In this document: positions 46,996 to 56,372 of the stretch, in pieces | Position numbering within the stretch: the stretch's first letter is position 1 | Layout of the letters: each line of letters opens with the position of its first letter | NCBI GenBank assembly: GCA_963806855.1 | Contig: CAWDYW010000001.1 | Location: 1,184,001-1,248,000 of the forward strand | From: an uncultured Verrucomicrobiae bacterium | GTDB lineage: Bacteria > Chlamydiota > Chlamydiia > Chlamydiales > Rhabdochlamydiaceae | Reading direction: 5' to 3' | DNA: 64,000 bases | Program-made: the position numbers and the translations under genes | Notes under the pieces: generated by a model | The model's input: the letters and a program-made list of their open reading frames with translations, nothing else | Database searches by the model: none | What the model was told of the DNA's origin: nothing

Positions 46996-49722
46996 TTACT
47001 TCGTATACCCTGAGGCTTTCCAAGTCGAGCCGAGATTTTTGAGACACATCGCCACTTTAGGATGATCATCGCCATGAACTTTCTTGTAAATCTTCAGTGC
47101 TTCTTCAAAATATCCAACCGCTTTTTTCGCATCCTCTAAGAATTGCCAAGCGGCCCCGAGATTGTAGAGACAATCAGCCAACTTAGGATGTTCATCGCCA
47201 TACATCCTATGAATCTTCAGTGCTTCTTCAAAATATCCTACCGCTTTTTTCGCATCCCCTAAGGTGCTCCAGGCATATCCGAGCCCATGGAGACACGTCG
47301 CCACATCGGGATGCTCAGCTCCGTACACTGTCATGTTAATCCTCAACGCTTCTTCATGATATCTGATCGCTTTTTGCACATCTCCTGAGGTTTGCCAAAG
47401 CCAGCCAAAATTGGTGAGGATAGATGCCACCTTCGGATGTTCATTACCATAACGTTCTTTATTAATCATTAGCGCTTTTGTAAAGTGCTCGATAGCATTT
47501 TTGGTATCTCCAAGAGCATTACTAATTAGTCCGTAGAGATTCAAATTACGGGACAATATATCTTCATTTTTTCCTTCGGCAACGCTTTGTGCTTTCTCCA
47601 CATACTTTCTTGCTTCGGTATAGTCTGCTAACTTGTATAAAAGTTTTGCAAATTGAAACTGCACCTCAGTATCATCCGGATTCAGGGCAAGAGCTTGTTG
47701 ATAACATTTTTTAGCTTGTGAATATTGGTTCAGCTTTTTATAAGCTTTTGCCTGAGTCAGTAAACTATTATCTTCTAATGGAGGAGCAGCTGGTTTTGAA
47801 GCTGCTAAAGGTTTAGAGGATTCAGGAGCAATAGCATGTTTCACACGCAACCTATGAGCGGCAATATGTTTTTTTAAAACATCTCTTCTTTGCTGATCTA
47901 TTACATCTGGAGGTGTATTTGGTGGATATACAGCAATCTCGTATTCATTACCCTGTCCATGTCCAATCGCATAGTTAGCAAGTACTGCTAAAGCATCGAA
48001 TTCTTTTTGCATCTCTATCTTGAGTTCTTCTCCAAAATCATAGAGAAGAGAGCTCTTTTTAAAGCCTTCTGCACTGTATTCTTTACCGTTAGCAAATTGG
48101 ATCGCTTCTCGCATGAAAATATCGACAGCTCCTTCGTTTTTCTTTTCACTATTACGATAAACCTTTGTACAATACTTAAAATATTTTCCCCGATCTATAT
48201 AGAGCATACCGGCAACATCTTGCGCATATTCTATTTGAATTGGGTTGAGTCGTTTATGCTCCCACCATGATTGATTATCAAGGATTTCGGTTTCTACTTG
48301 ATTCTTTAGTTTTTCAGCAAGTACATCTAAATCAACGGAACAAATATACTCGATGGGAAAGGTGATAAGAGCTTTAGATATCGCGTAGAAATCAAAATTA
48401 TTTAGTTTTTCTCGGAGACCCTTCAATTTCTGAATTTCGTTCAGCAGTGCTTTTTTTTGCCTATCGTTTCCAGGTTCTTTTAAAGCCAGTTCTCTCTTCA
48501 TAAGTTTTGTAGCTATTTTTTCGCATAATTGGGAATAGAAATATTCAATAAAAAGCAGTCGTCTAGAGAATACATTTCTCTGTGCAGGGGAAGGAAGCTC
48601 CAAAAGTTTTTGCGGCAACAATTTTTGAAATGTGTGTTCTAGATTATTGGGCAGTTTCATAAGAACCGGATCAAACTTCTTATTTAAGGGAAGAGGCCCA
48701 GAGTGATTGCCTTTTGAATGAGGTCTAATTAATGGACATACGCGGCTCATTCCTGCTATTTTAAAATATGAGTCCACTACCGTTCGTACTTCCATATCTT
48801 CAATTGCTAGTAAGTCGATGCCTTGTTCGTTGCCAGTGCCTGGGTTTGTGTACGTTGCATATAAAGAAGATGGAATATTAAAATCATCAATGCTGTCAGG
48901 ATCACCAGGATTGAGCTTTCCACTGTAAATTTCATGCTGGAGCACAAGTTCAAATACCTTACCGTAAGCTTCCCTTTCTTCATCACTCACCGTTAACTCA
49001 ATTCCATCTATTGTGCTGAAATAATTTTTTTTGGCCCAATCTATTCGGGCAGATGAAATGCGATAGCCAGCTAAAGGGGAAGAAGACGGTGGTTCCTCCT
49101 GTCCTCTCAAATTCGCTTTCGCGCCGTCATTGGATAACTGCGATTGGGATGGTATTAACGGATGAGGCTCATCTATTTCTAATGGAGGAGCAGAAGGTTT
49201 GGGAGCTTCAGGAGTAAATGATAAAGAAGATCTTCTCTTATGCTTCGTATCAGTTACGAATTCCAGATAGGAATGAGCCTTTTCATGATTTGGATTAAGC
49301 TCTAAAGCTTTAAACAGAGCTGTAACACCCTCTTCTTGTTTTCCTTGATCGCATAGTGCTCTACCCCTTTTAAAATACTCTTCCGCCTCTTCTAGCTGCC
49401 TATTATTTACCGGTTCAGCGAATTGAGGGACATGGATTTCTGGTTCAGCAAGTGCTGGAGCTTGAACGACTCTTCCGGCAAGACGTCTTATAGTGAAATT
49501 AGCCTTATATTCAGTAATGGGAGCCCTGCATTCAGGACAGAGATATTTAGCTGGGTCTTTACTTAAATTTACTATGGTACTTTCATTGTAAGAGTGCCCA
49601 CACCTAAGATCTACAGCTTGTGTCATTAACTCAAAGGTTACACCATCTGTTAAACCTTCAGTCATATCCTCAATGAAATCGCTTACGCGACCGTTTGGTG
49701 ATCTATTGCTTACCGGAATCAT
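46996..49722 (-). CDS. U-box/RING E3-ligase-like domain plus TPR repeat protein, effector candidate
   Basis: DGVTFELMTQAVDLRCGHSYNE...CPECRAPI; TPRs; C-terminal ~42-aa repeats (G.EHP.VA..L.NLG..W); GGAGG RBS; low GC. Confidence 0.82.
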   Translation of the reverse strand: MIPVSNRSPNGRVSDFIEDMTEGLTDGVTFELMTQAVDLRCGHSYNESTIVNLSKDPAKYLCPECRAPITEYKANFTIRRLAGRVVQAPALAEPEIHVPQFAEPVNNRQLEEAEEYFKRGRALCDQGKQEEGVTALFKALELNPNHEKAHSYLEFVTDTKHKRRSSLSFTPEAPKPSAPPLEIDEPHPLIPSQSQLSNDGAKANLRGQEEPPSSSPLAGYRISSARIDWAKKNYFSTIDGIELTVSDEEREAYGKVFELVLQHEIYSGKLNPGDPDSIDDFNIPSSLYATYTNPGTGNEQGIDLLAIEDMEVRTVVDSYFKIAGMSRVCPLIRPHSKGNHSGPLPLNKKFDPVLMKLPNNLEHTFQKLLPQKLLELPSPAQRNVFSRRLLFIEYFYSQLCEKIATKLMKRELALKEPGNDRQKKALLNEIQKLKGLREKLNNFDFYAISKALITFPIEYICSVDLDVLAEKLKNQVETEILDNQSWWEHKRLNPIQIEYAQDVAGMLYIDRGKYFKYCTKVYRNSEKKNEGAVDIFMREAIQFANGKEYSAEGFKKSSLLYDFGEELKIEMQKEFDALAVLANYAIGHGQGNEYEIAVYPPNTPPDVIDQQRRDVLKKHIAAHRLRVKHAIAPESSKPLAASKPAAPPLEDNSLLTQAKAYKKLNQYSQAKKCYQQALALNPDDTEVQFQFAKLLYKLADYTEARKYVEKAQSVAEGKNEDILSRNLNLYGLISNALGDTKNAIEHFTKALMINKERYGNEHPKVASILTNFGWLWQTSGDVQKAIRYHEEALRINMTVYGAEHPDVATCLHGLGYAWSTLGDAKKAVGYFEEALKIHRMYGDEHPKLADCLYNLGAAWQFLEDAKKAVGYFEEALKIYKKVHGDDHPKVAMCLKNLGSTWKASGYTK

Positions 49723-49877
49723 AAGCCTCCATAGAGAAAAACCTCATTTCTGATATGTTATTAGGTCATTACCACATGCAATCATCATACCAAAACAAGT
49801 AGCTTCCCATGTGGAAACTAGCAGTTAGGCTATCACAATACTGGAGTAAAATTCAAGGTGGACTTTCCGAAGCAGTA

Positions 49878-51548
49878 TCATCTACAAAAAATTGGATATT
49901 CTGGGTACCACATGGTCTCATCGATCAGCTTTTCAACCGAATCGATCGTCTTAAGCTCGGAGTGACCTTCTTTGATCACCGTTTTGGCGACGGCAATCGC
50001 GATCTCCCGCGTCACTTTCCGCAGGTTGTCTAATGTCGGAAAGAGAGGCGCATGGGGATCTTTCAGAAGGGGCGAATAGTCGCTCAGCACTTTGGCGGCG
50101 TTGATGAAGACATCATCGCTTGCATAGCGGGCCTTTGTGGCGATGAGGCCGAGTCCCACCCCCGGGAAGACGTAAACGTTATTGCATTGCGCGATTTGAT
50201 AGAGGTGCCCTTCGTGAGCGACCGGTTTAAAGGGGCTGCCGGTTGCGATGATCGCCTCCCCTTTTGTCCACTTGATCAGATCGGCCGGGTTGGCTTCTGA
50301 GAGGGAAGTGGGATTGGAAAGGGGGAAAATGACAGGTCTTTTCACATGCTTGTGCATCTCTTTGATGATCTGTTCATTGAAGGCCCCACCTTGTGTCGAA
50401 ACGCCGATCAGGACCGTTGGATGGGCATTTTGGACCACTTCGAGTAAGGTGATGTGCTCCGGATTGGCCACTTTCCATGATTTAAAGGACCCTTTATTTC
50501 GGGCATAGGGCTGTTGGGTCGGAAAGAGCTCTTGCCCTTCTTGTAAGACGCCATTGATGTCTACGATGTAGAAGAGCTGCCGCGCCTCCTCTTCAGAGAT
50601 CTTTTCTTCTCTCATGATCGCTTGAATCAGTTTGTTGCAGATCCCCACTCCAGCCGATCCCCCGCCGAGCACGGCAAAGCGCTGATCTTTGAGGCGGCCA
50701 TGGGAGAGTTTAATCGCGCTGTAAACGGCGGCAAGTGCGACGGCTGCGGTCCCTTGGATATCGTCATTGAAGGAGCAAAGCGATTTTCGATATCGGTCGA
50801 GCAGGGGTTGGGCATTGGGTCTGGCGAAATCTTCCCACTGTAACAGGACGTTTGGATACTCGGCTTTGATCGCCTGGATAAAGCGGTCGATGAAGTCGTC
50901 ATATTCGCTGCCGCGGACACGTGGATTGCGCCAGCCGATGTAAAGGGGGTCTTCGAGCATTTGGTTGTTGTTGGTGCCGACGTCGAGGATAATGGGCAGG
51001 GCACGGCCAGGGTGGATCCCGCCAAAGAGGGTATAGAGGGCCAGCTTTCCGACTGGGATGGCCATCCCTCCCACTCCTAAATCCCCTAGCCCTAAAATCC
51101 GTTCCCCATCGGTCACGACGATGACGTCGATATCTTTAATCGGGTAATTGGCAATCATTTGACGAATTGTATCTTTGTCTGGATAGGAGAGGTAGAGTCC
51201 CCTCTGCTCTCGGTAGAGCGAACTATAATGGGTTGAGACGCTTCCAACGGTCGGGGTGTAGATATAGGGTGTCATTTCGGCAACATGTTCGAGGACGAAA
51301 CGATAGAAGAGGACCTCGTTTCGGTTTTGGAGAGCATTAAGAAAGGTGTATTTCGCCAGATCGGTTTGCAGCTCAGTGAAATTTTCGTAGCGCCGCGCCA
51401 CTTGTTCAACGAGCGTCGAAACATGATAAGGGAGAAGGCCGTTCAAGCCGAGTGCGGCCCGCTCTTCAAGGGTAAAGGCGGTCCCCTTGTTGGTGAGGGG
51501 GTTCTCTAATAGGGCATGTCCGGGGATTTTAGTTTGCACTCTCTTCAT
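49878..51548 (-). CDS. maeA: NAD-dependent malic enzyme
   Basis: NKGTAF, IYTPTVG, VVTDGERILGLGDLG, QWEDF, FNDDIQGTA, PLSNPT, QCNNVYVFPG. Confidence 0.95.
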   Translation of the reverse strand: MKRVQTKIPGHALLENPLTNKGTAFTLEERAALGLNGLLPYHVSTLVEQVARRYENFTELQTDLAKYTFLNALQNRNEVLFYRFVLEHVAEMTPYIYTPTVGSVSTHYSSLYREQRGLYLSYPDKDTIRQMIANYPIKDIDVIVVTDGERILGLGDLGVGGMAIPVGKLALYTLFGGIHPGRALPIILDVGTNNNQMLEDPLYIGWRNPRVRGSEYDDFIDRFIQAIKAEYPNVLLQWEDFARPNAQPLLDRYRKSLCSFNDDIQGTAAVALAAVYSAIKLSHGRLKDQRFAVLGGGSAGVGICNKLIQAIMREEKISEEEARQLFYIVDINGVLQEGQELFPTQQPYARNKGSFKSWKVANPEHITLLEVVQNAHPTVLIGVSTQGGAFNEQIIKEMHKHVKRPVIFPLSNPTSLSEANPADLIKWTKGEAIIATGSPFKPVAHEGHLYQIAQCNNVYVFPGVGLGLIATKARYASDDVFINAAKVLSDYSPLLKDPHAPLFPTLDNLRKVTREIAIAVAKTVIKEGHSELKTIDSVEKLIDETMWYPEYPIFCR

Positions 51549-52803
51549 TTTTAGCAGCCATCTCCTGCGGGGCTAATTTTTCAAACTCTTTTAAACCGTA
51601 GCCTATCGCAAAGATCCAAAGGATTGCAATGGCGATGTTCAAAAAGGTGAGGAGGTGGGAAGAGAAAAATGCGGTCATCCCGATGATGAGGACCGAACTA
51701 AAGGCTTTGGAACTGCGGTGGGCAAAGATGTCGATCACGGCCCGTGCTCGATATTTTTCGTCGGGTTTTAGAGGGATATAGAGCATCTCCCGGACGACGC
51801 CGAAGACTGAAAAATCGAGCGCTTTGCATGTGATGAACGCGGTGCTGATGCAATGGGAAAAAGGGAAAAGGGCGAGGAGTGTGGAGGAGGCTCCTAAGAG
51901 GGTCGGAATCATATAATGGGTCCGCCGAAAGCCAAGCCAGTTGATGATGAAGAAGGTGCCGGCAAATTGCAGCAGCATGGTGACGATATGGAGGACAACG
52001 GAAATGCGGGCAGAAATTTCTGTCCGGACATCTTTCTCGATGTAGGCCCTGCCCAAAAAGTCATTGAATTGGAAATCGGCGATCGCCGTGATCATCTGCA
52101 TGAAGATGACGACAACCAAGGCGAAAATCAAAAATCTCGAGCTGCGGATGAGTTGCATCCCATGGATAAATCCACCCGCTTTTTCCCGATTCACTTTCGG
52201 GGACTCTCCATTGGAATAATGGGTCATTTTTACATAAAAGACCAGAATCATGAGGTCGATGGGCAAAATCCAAAAAATGAGATTTTCAGAGCCAAATGAC
52301 ACAGCGCAAAAGCCGGGGAAAAGAGCTCCGAGCAGCGATCCAACTCCCCCAAACCCAAAGAAAAACCCATAGAGGTATTTGGCTTTCTCAAACTGGATAT
52401 TGGCATGGACGACCGACCAGACGAGCTGGAACATCAACATGATATAGAGCTCTCTCCAGACAAAAAACAGGAAGGTAAAGACAGGGATCGATTGAGCAAA
52501 AAGTCCGAAGAGAAGATTGGTCGCTGAAACGACGAGAATCAAAATGAAGAACAGTTTCCGCGAGCCCCATTTTGGAATGAAGTGATTGTAGAAGGAGACG
52601 AGTAAGAGACTAAACGGAACTGTCGCCAGCCAAGCGTAGGGCATCCAGTTCACAGAGAAGCAATGAAGAAAAAGGGAATTGCTTACGGGGCGGATAATGG
52701 CATAGTGGGAGCAAATCAGAAAGTTGACAATAAGGGAAAAGAGAATAAAGGAGCGCTCTCGCTCTGGATGATTGCGAAAATTAGCTAGGGATTTCTTCAG
52801 CAC
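51529..52803 (-). CDS. Npt1/TLC-like nucleotide transporter (short type), paralog 2
   Basis: YAIIRPVSNSLF, AKYLYG, KALDFS......EMLYIPL..DEKY.A.AVID.F..R.SK. Confidence 0.8.
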   Translation of the reverse strand: MLKKSLANFRNHPERERSFILFSLIVNFLICSHYAIIRPVSNSLFLHCFSVNWMPYAWLATVPFSLLLVSFYNHFIPKWGSRKLFFILILVVSATNLLFGLFAQSIPVFTFLFFVWRELYIMLMFQLVWSVVHANIQFEKAKYLYGFFFGFGGVGSLLGALFPGFCAVSFGSENLIFWILPIDLMILVFYVKMTHYSNGESPKVNREKAGGFIHGMQLIRSSRFLIFALVVVIFMQMITAIADFQFNDFLGRAYIEKDVRTEISARISVVLHIVTMLLQFAGTFFIINWLGFRRTHYMIPTLLGASSTLLALFPFSHCISTAFITCKALDFSVFGVVREMLYIPLKPDEKYRARAVIDIFAHRSSKAFSSVLIIGMTAFFSSHLLTFLNIAIAILWIFAIGYGLKEFEKLAPQEMAAKNEESAN

Positions 52804-54013
52804 GATAGTCCTTTAATCCATAGGCGACACTTCCAATCCAGAGAACTCCTAAGCTAAGTGTGAGCCAAGTGAGTTGGTAGGAAGAGACGAACGTGGTCAT
52901 CCCGATAATCAGGAGGGAAGCAACGGCTTTAGAGGTGCGGGCGGCGAAGACGTCGATCACAGCCTTTGCCCGGAATTTTTCATCGGCTTTTAAGGGGATG
53001 TAAAGCATCTCTCGTACCACTCCAAATAGGGAAAAATCGAGCGCCTTAGCAGTCACAAAAGCGAGGCTGATGATCGGGAAAATGGGGGCAATGACGACGA
53101 GAGAAGCGAGAGTAGCAACGGTGGTGGGAATGAGGTAATGGGTTTTTTTATAACCGAGCCATCTGAGAAGGAAAAAGGAACCGGAAAACTGAAGGAAAAT
53201 GGTCAGGCAGTGCATGATCCCCATGATCCGGGCCGAAAATTCAGTGCGGAGATCCTTTTCTGGATAGACCCTTCCCAAAAAGTCATTAAACTGAAATTCT
53301 GCAATTGCGGTGACCATTTGCATGAAGACTACAATTAGCAAAGCAAAAATTAAAAATCTAGAGCGCCGGATGAGCTGAATTCCATGGAAAAATCCCCCCT
53401 TTTGCTCCCGATCTGCTTTCGGTACATCTCCAGAGGAGTAATGATTTAGACGAAGGTAAACAAAAAGTAGAAGGATATCAACTGGTAGGACCCAAAGAAT
53501 AAGCGTCTCTGAACCGTAGGCGACGGCAAAAAAACCTGGAAGCAGCGAGCCAAGGAGCGAGCCGAGCCCACCGAGGCCAAAGAAAATTCCATAGAGGAAT
53601 TTGGCTTTTTCGAGTTTGATATTGGCATTGATCACCGACCAGAGCAGCTGGAACATCATCATCACATAGATCTCTTTCCAGACATAATAGAGAAAGGTGA
53701 GCAGAGGTGCCTCTTTGGCAAAGAGGCCAAAGAGAAAATTGGTGAGCGTCACAATCAAAATCAGCCAAAAGAACAGCTTCTTCGATCCCCATTTAGGGAT
53801 CAGCCGATTGTAGATCGAGACGATCAGAAAATTAAGCGGGACAGTGGCGAGCCAAGCATAAGGTAGCAGCTGTGCCGAAAAAAAATGGATGAAAAGGGAA
53901 TTGCTTACGGGGCGGATGATCGCATAATGGCAGCAGATGAAAAACCCGCAGAGCATGGCGCAGAGAGCAAAAGCCCCATGTCCTTGAAATTTTTCCTTTA
54001 TCTTTTCGAACAT
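52781..54013 (-). CDS. Npt1/TLC-like nucleotide transporter (short type), paralog 1
   Basis: Same motifs; KALDFSLFGVVREMLYIPLKADEKFRAKAVIDVF. Confidence 0.8.
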   Translation of the reverse strand: MFEKIKEKFQGHGAFALCAMLCGFFICCHYAIIRPVSNSLFIHFFSAQLLPYAWLATVPLNFLIVSIYNRLIPKWGSKKLFFWLILIVTLTNFLFGLFAKEAPLLTFLYYVWKEIYVMMMFQLLWSVINANIKLEKAKFLYGIFFGLGGLGSLLGSLLPGFFAVAYGSETLILWVLPVDILLLFVYLRLNHYSSGDVPKADREQKGGFFHGIQLIRRSRFLIFALLIVVFMQMVTAIAEFQFNDFLGRVYPEKDLRTEFSARIMGIMHCLTIFLQFSGSFFLLRWLGYKKTHYLIPTTVATLASLVVIAPIFPIISLAFVTAKALDFSLFGVVREMLYIPLKADEKFRAKAVIDVFAARTSKAVASLLIIGMTTFVSSYQLTWLTLSLGVLWIGSVAYGLKDYRAEEIPS

Positions 54014-54050
54014 AAAAATATTATACCGAAAAACTGAATTCTGGGGGGAG

Positions 54051-54218
54051 AGGTAGTTGCAAAACTCAGGGTTCGTCGATTTTCGGGATTATTTTGGCCG
54101 CTTTTCGATTCAAATTCGGGGGGTCATATACGGAGTTTGATATTACCCCCCGAATTTGAATCGAAAATCGGCTCAAAAGAACCCGAAAATCGACTGAACC
54201 TGAGTTTTGCAACTACCT
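54051..54218. mobile_element. Palindromic miniature element family A, copy 3
   Basis: AGGTAGTTGCAAAACTCAGG ... CCTGAGTTTTGCAACTACCT termini around the same core; overlaps the 3' end of the HD gene. Confidence 0.88.
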
Positions 54219-55321
54219 TCGAGGTACAGCCAGTTTTTGTGGTCGGCAGGGATCGTAATCAGTTCTTTTGACCCAAGGATCGGGATGGGAGGACTATTTT
54301 TCAAAGAATGTTTCGCATGGATCTCCCAGTGAATATTGGGGTCGGGGATCTTCGCCTTAAGTTTATATTCGATGAGCCGCTCGAGAGCGATGTGGGGAGG
54401 CAAACTAATCGCCTTAAACCGCTTTTTCCGATCAAACAGGGCACAGGCATCGAGGTGGCCCGGGTGCTCGGGATCTTTTTGGGCCAATTGGAGCTGGCAA
54501 ACAATGGCCGGCTCACTCATCGAAAAGTAATCTTCAATGGAGCTCAAATACTTCGCATCGCCATACAACGTTTTCATGAAACGGGCTAAATGAAAGGAAT
54601 AGGCCTTGGAAGCTGGGTATTGGTAGACCCGACGTTGCATGAAATGACGGGCAAGCAGAAGCGCTTCGCACGACTCCCGCCCATTCTCTTCGATCACGAG
54701 CGTTCCGTCAGGGAGAACGGCGAGGGTCTCGATCAGGTGGGTGTAATCGAATAGTCCATAGCTCAAACCGGTGGCTTTGGCGTCTCGCAGTAAGTAGTCG
54801 ATCCGATCTGCTCCAAAAAAGTCGCCGGTGATGATCTGGGCGTATATTTTTTCCAAGACAGAAAAGCTCGTATCGGGTCGGAGCTCTTTTAATTTTTCCT
54901 CACCAAGGGCTAATTTTGAAATATGTTCGACTACAGATGCTCCCCCCAACTTTTCCCAAACCGGCTCCAGATAGGCCGACTCGATGATTTTGAGGGTCCA
55001 TTCTTCATGGCCATGGGGTCCCAACAACACCTCTTCGGCGACATGGGAAAATGGCAAGTGGCCAAGGTCATGGCAAAGTGCGGCGAGCCGTACAATCTGT
55101 CGCCAATAGGGATCATCTCCAATATGATCGAAGATTTGGGTCGCGATCTGCATCGTCCCCAAAGAGTGTTCGAAGCGGGTGTGTGTGGCCCCTGGGTAAA
55201 TCATGTAAGAGATCCCCAGTTGATGGATGTAATGGAGCCGTTGGAACACCTCAGTGTCGATCAAGGCACTCTCAAGCTCATTGAAATGGATAAACCCGTG
55301 GACCGAATCGTAAATTTTCAT
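54173..55321 (-). CDS. HD-domain phosphohydrolase (SAMHD1/dGTPase-like)
   Basis: DSVHG.I, FQRL..I.QLG, YPGATHTRFEHSLG, LCHDLGH.PFSH..E, ADRIDYLLRD, R..M...VY. Confidence 0.9.
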   Translation of the reverse strand: MKIYDSVHGFIHFNELESALIDTEVFQRLHYIHQLGISYMIYPGATHTRFEHSLGTMQIATQIFDHIGDDPYWRQIVRLAALCHDLGHLPFSHVAEEVLLGPHGHEEWTLKIIESAYLEPVWEKLGGASVVEHISKLALGEEKLKELRPDTSFSVLEKIYAQIITGDFFGADRIDYLLRDAKATGLSYGLFDYTHLIETLAVLPDGTLVIEENGRESCEALLLARHFMQRRVYQYPASKAYSFHLARFMKTLYGDAKYLSSIEDYFSMSEPAIVCQLQLAQKDPEHPGHLDACALFDRKKRFKAISLPPHIALERLIEYKLKAKIPDPNIHWEIHAKHSLKNSPPIPILGSKELITIPADHKNWLYLEGSCKTQVQSIFGFF

Positions 55322-56325
55322 CGTCGTGGATAACTCTCCTGGGCATAGGCCGATGTCACTTCGACAAATTCAGCTTTTCTCTGCAGTTCCTTAATATTGC
55401 GCGCTCCCCCATAAGTCAGCCCACTGCGAATCCCCCCGAGCAGCTGCCCAAGCAACTCTTTGGCGCTGCCACTAACCGGAGCCCAGAAAGCGATCCCTTC
55501 GGCGACCGTCTTGTCTTTGAGTCCTCCATAGAAATCGTTTTGAAAGTCTTCGCTCGCCTGTCCCCTGTACTTTGCGATGAGTCCGGATGGAGAATCGGCC
55601 GATTCCTTTTTAGGAGCGGCGCTCTCTTCCGTCAGGGCAAATAGTTTTCCGATCATGACCGTGCTTGCACCGGCTGCTAGAGCCAGTACCACATCGCGGC
55701 TTGTCCGGATCCCCCCATCGGCGATCAGCGGTACCCGCAGCCTTTCGGCGATTTCGGCACACTCAAGGATCGCGCTAAATTGAGGAACACCAAAACCGGT
55801 GACGATTCTGGTCGTACAGGCAGCTCCTGGACCAACTCCCACCTTCACCGCATCGGCTCCCGCATTGACCAGATCGTGATAAGCCATTCCAGTGCAGACG
55901 TTGCCGGCGATCACTTCTTTATCGGGATGCGCCTTTTTGATCTTTTCAATAAACGCAAACATCCGGTCCGAATGTCCATGCGCGACGTCGATACAGACCC
56001 CAGCCGCCCCGAGATCGAGTAGCTCCCTCGTCGAGTCGAACTGCGTAATCCCGCAGGAGATAAAAGTCTTATTGCCAAATTTTTTAACCCAATTTTTTTG
56101 CGTTTCGAGATCGGTAAAACGGTGAAAAATCGGAAGGCTGCCCGCCTCTAGCAAGATATGGGCCAATTGCTCCGAAATCGCACTATCCATATTTGAGCAG
56201 AGAATCGGAATCCCAATTTTTTGATTCTTCGTCAACCAGGTCTCCAGTAGGGGCTCAGTGCGAGAGGGAACGTTATTAAACTGCGGCACCAAGGCCACAT
56301 CATCAAAAGTGAAAGCTTTACGCAT
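55318..56325 (-). CDS. IMP dehydrogenase / GMP reductase family protein without CBS domains
   Basis: [55 protein letters not shown]. Confidence 0.9.
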   Translation of the reverse strand: MRKAFTFDDVALVPQFNNVPSRTEPLLETWLTKNQKIGIPILCSNMDSAISEQLAHILLEAGSLPIFHRFTDLETQKNWVKKFGNKTFISCGITQFDSTRELLDLGAAGVCIDVAHGHSDRMFAFIEKIKKAHPDKEVIAGNVCTGMAYHDLVNAGADAVKVGVGPGAACTTRIVTGFGVPQFSAILECAEIAERLRVPLIADGGIRTSRDVVLALAAGASTVMIGKLFALTEESAAPKKESADSPSGLIAKYRGQASEDFQNDFYGGLKDKTVAEGIAFWAPVSGSAKELLGQLLGGIRSGLTYGGARNIKELQRKAEFVEVTSAYAQESYPRR

Positions 56326-56372
56326 CGAATTTTCCTCTTTGGTCCTAAAAAACCAAATGATATTATACTCCT

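Noticed and set aside
47020..47330. Near-identical ~123-126 bp direct repeats as a possible DGR template/variable pair
   Set aside because: They are in-frame TPR repeats, and no reverse transcriptase is present in the window.
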